From Squalus acanthias (taxonomy: Eukaryota): DNA of 64,000 nucleotides. The position numbers and the translations under genes were made by a program. Within the stretch, counting starts at the first letter, position 1. Each line of letters starts with the position of its first letter. Positions 62,646-64,000 of the stretch are shown here, piece after piece. The notes beneath the pieces were generated by a model. It saw only the letters and a list, made by a program, of their open reading frames with translations, had not been told where the DNA came from and ran no database searches. Location of the stretch: assembly GCA_030390025.1 (NCBI GenBank), contig CM059427.1:159278001-159342000 (forward strand). The letters run 5' to 3'.

Positions 62646-64000
62646 AGGAGGCACAGAATCAACGAGACATGCAGTGCAGCTGATCAATGCACTAATTCAG
62701 GATCCTGCAAAGGAACTGGAGGATTTGATTCCTCGGAATCACATCAAAAGTGTCACAGCCAACACAAGAATGGGGTCCACAGCTGCCACAACTACAGCTA
62801 GCACTACAACTGCAGGAAACCGAATAACCGTTTCAATGATGTCTTCCTCTGCAACAGCTTCGCTGTCTGCACCATCATCCACATCATTACAATCCATTAA
62901 CAAACCTGGTAAAAACATTGTATCAAACAATATGCGTCCTACATTTTCAGTCTCGCTTCCTTTGGCTTATTCACATCCGCAGTTAGCACATGCTTTGCTG
63001 GCTGCTCAAACTATCCAGCAGATTCGGCACCCTCGCTTACCCATGGCACACTTTGGAGGAACCTTCTCTCCATCACCAAACACTTGGGGTCCTTTCCCAG
63101 TAAGACCTGTAAGTCCTGGAAGCGCCAACAGTTCACCGAAACATAACACAACTCGTCTCCATAACCAGGGTAGTAATGTTATTCATCCCGACAGTGGTAG
63201 TTCAGCTTCTATCAACTCACCTTCTGTGGCTGTGAGTTCTCCAACTTTCACCACACAGTCTCTGTGTGTCACAAGCAGCCCAACTCCATCATCGGTTAGA
63301 AAACAACTCTTCACCTCGGTCAATAAAACTAACGCCATGATATCAGTGACTTCAGCTGTGACGAGCAGTTCCTGCTCACTGCCCACAAGTTCAACTGTAT
63401 CAGTGAGCAATGGGCAACCTCCTACTCCACCACCCCCTCCGCCACTTGTTGCACAGCCTTCTCAACAGTCCATGTCATTGACTAAGAATGAACCATTCAC
63501 CACCTCCACTGCGAAGGAAGAGGTGACCACCACAGAACAGCCTGCAGGAAGCCAATGTGCACTTTCAAATGTCTGCAGCAGCTCTTCAGTCAACAGTAAT
63601 TCTGGAGCTATAGGAATACAACCGACCTCTTCACTGCCCAGCATTCTGCCGCAAATTCCATGCCGTAGTTCCTCTGATATTCGACCTACTTTGCCGAAGC
63701 CTTATATTTCAAATCCAGATCATGGATTAGTGGCCCCAAGCAGTCTAGCATCTACTCGCCCAGTTACTATGTCGGCTTGCCCTAATGTTCAGACCAACAA
63801 CACTTTACCTCAGTTAGCTGCAGCCTCTCAAGTATCTCACAGAATACAACCTGGTGCTCCTTTCTATCCCCTAGTCCAGCAAGAGCCACAATCAGTTTTT
63901 GTCCCAAACCCAGTTCCAATGGTTTCTACCCAAGATCCTATGAAGCAGCATGGCGTACCTTCTCCTATGCAGCTTTCATCTGCACTTGGCATGCTGAATG
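62646..64000 (+). CDS. ANKHD1: ANKHD1 exon (~29, runs off the window): end of KH domain plus S/T/P-rich tail (GGTESTRHAVQLINALIQDPAKELEDLIP...QQIRHPRLPMAHFGGTFSPSPNTWGPFPVRPVSPG...SVRKQLF)
   Basis: ttacag| acceptor. Conserved MASK-family motifs stay in one frame through to the window end. Confidence 0.95.

Larger units (their letters stand above)
1929..64000 (+). other. ANKHD1: ANKHD1/MASK1 gene body, partial (27 coding exons in window; 5' and 3' ends outside)
   Basis: Spliced translation gives two ankyrin clusters and a KH domain. Residues match ANKHD1 rather than ANKRD17: KLSVPASVVSRIMGRGGCNITAIQDVTGAHIDVDKQKDKNGERMITIR, VKVVQYLVKEVNQFPSDIECMRY, ELVSVLIARGA, YQPLECIVEETEGKL. All intron phases are compatible. 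Confidence 0.95.

Noticed and set aside
62739-63644. Antisense ORFs over the last exon and other exons
   Set aside because: Shadow frames of real coding sequence with no independent support.
1929-64000. Calling the gene ANKRD17
   Set aside because: KH-domain and second ankyrin-cluster residues (SRIMGRGG, AIQDVTG, VQYLVKEVNQFPSDIEC, VSVLIARG) match ANKHD1. The ANKRD17-like linker patches are better explained as ancestral.

Overview
This is eukaryotic, AT-rich vertebrate genomic DNA. It is most likely from a shark or other elasmobranch, judged from HE1-like, DeuSINE/SacSINE1-like and LF-SINE-like SINEs, CR1/L2 LINE relics and a shark-type palindromic repeat. The whole window lies inside one + strand gene, ANKHD1 (MASK1; ankyrin repeat and KH domain protein 1). 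I traced 27 coding exons by hand, from 1929 to the window end. By recalled human numbering they are about exons 3-29, and all splice phases join into one open frame covering ankyrin cluster 1, the linker, ankyrin cluster 2, a basic coiled-coil/NLS segment, the KH domain and the S/T/P-rich tail. The start and stop codons lie outside the window. Introns hold a decayed two-gene Harbinger transposon with nested CR1s, TA-flanked Tc1/mariner(pogo)-type MITEs, Harbinger- and hAT-type MITEs, LINE and SINE relics, and tandem repeats. I see no convincing new multi-gene system. The most interesting signals concern splicing (a GC-AG intron, a NAGNAG acceptor, a purine-rich acceptor with a perfect TACTAAC, and a 741-nt symmetric exon flanked by RBFOX/QKI motifs). 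Also notable are a young inverted MITE pair bracketing an in-frame 1785-nt exon block, a templated 25-bp duplication, and nested transposon histories. Repeat family names come from recalled consensus motifs, not database searches. Repeat boundaries without a stated TSD are approximate.
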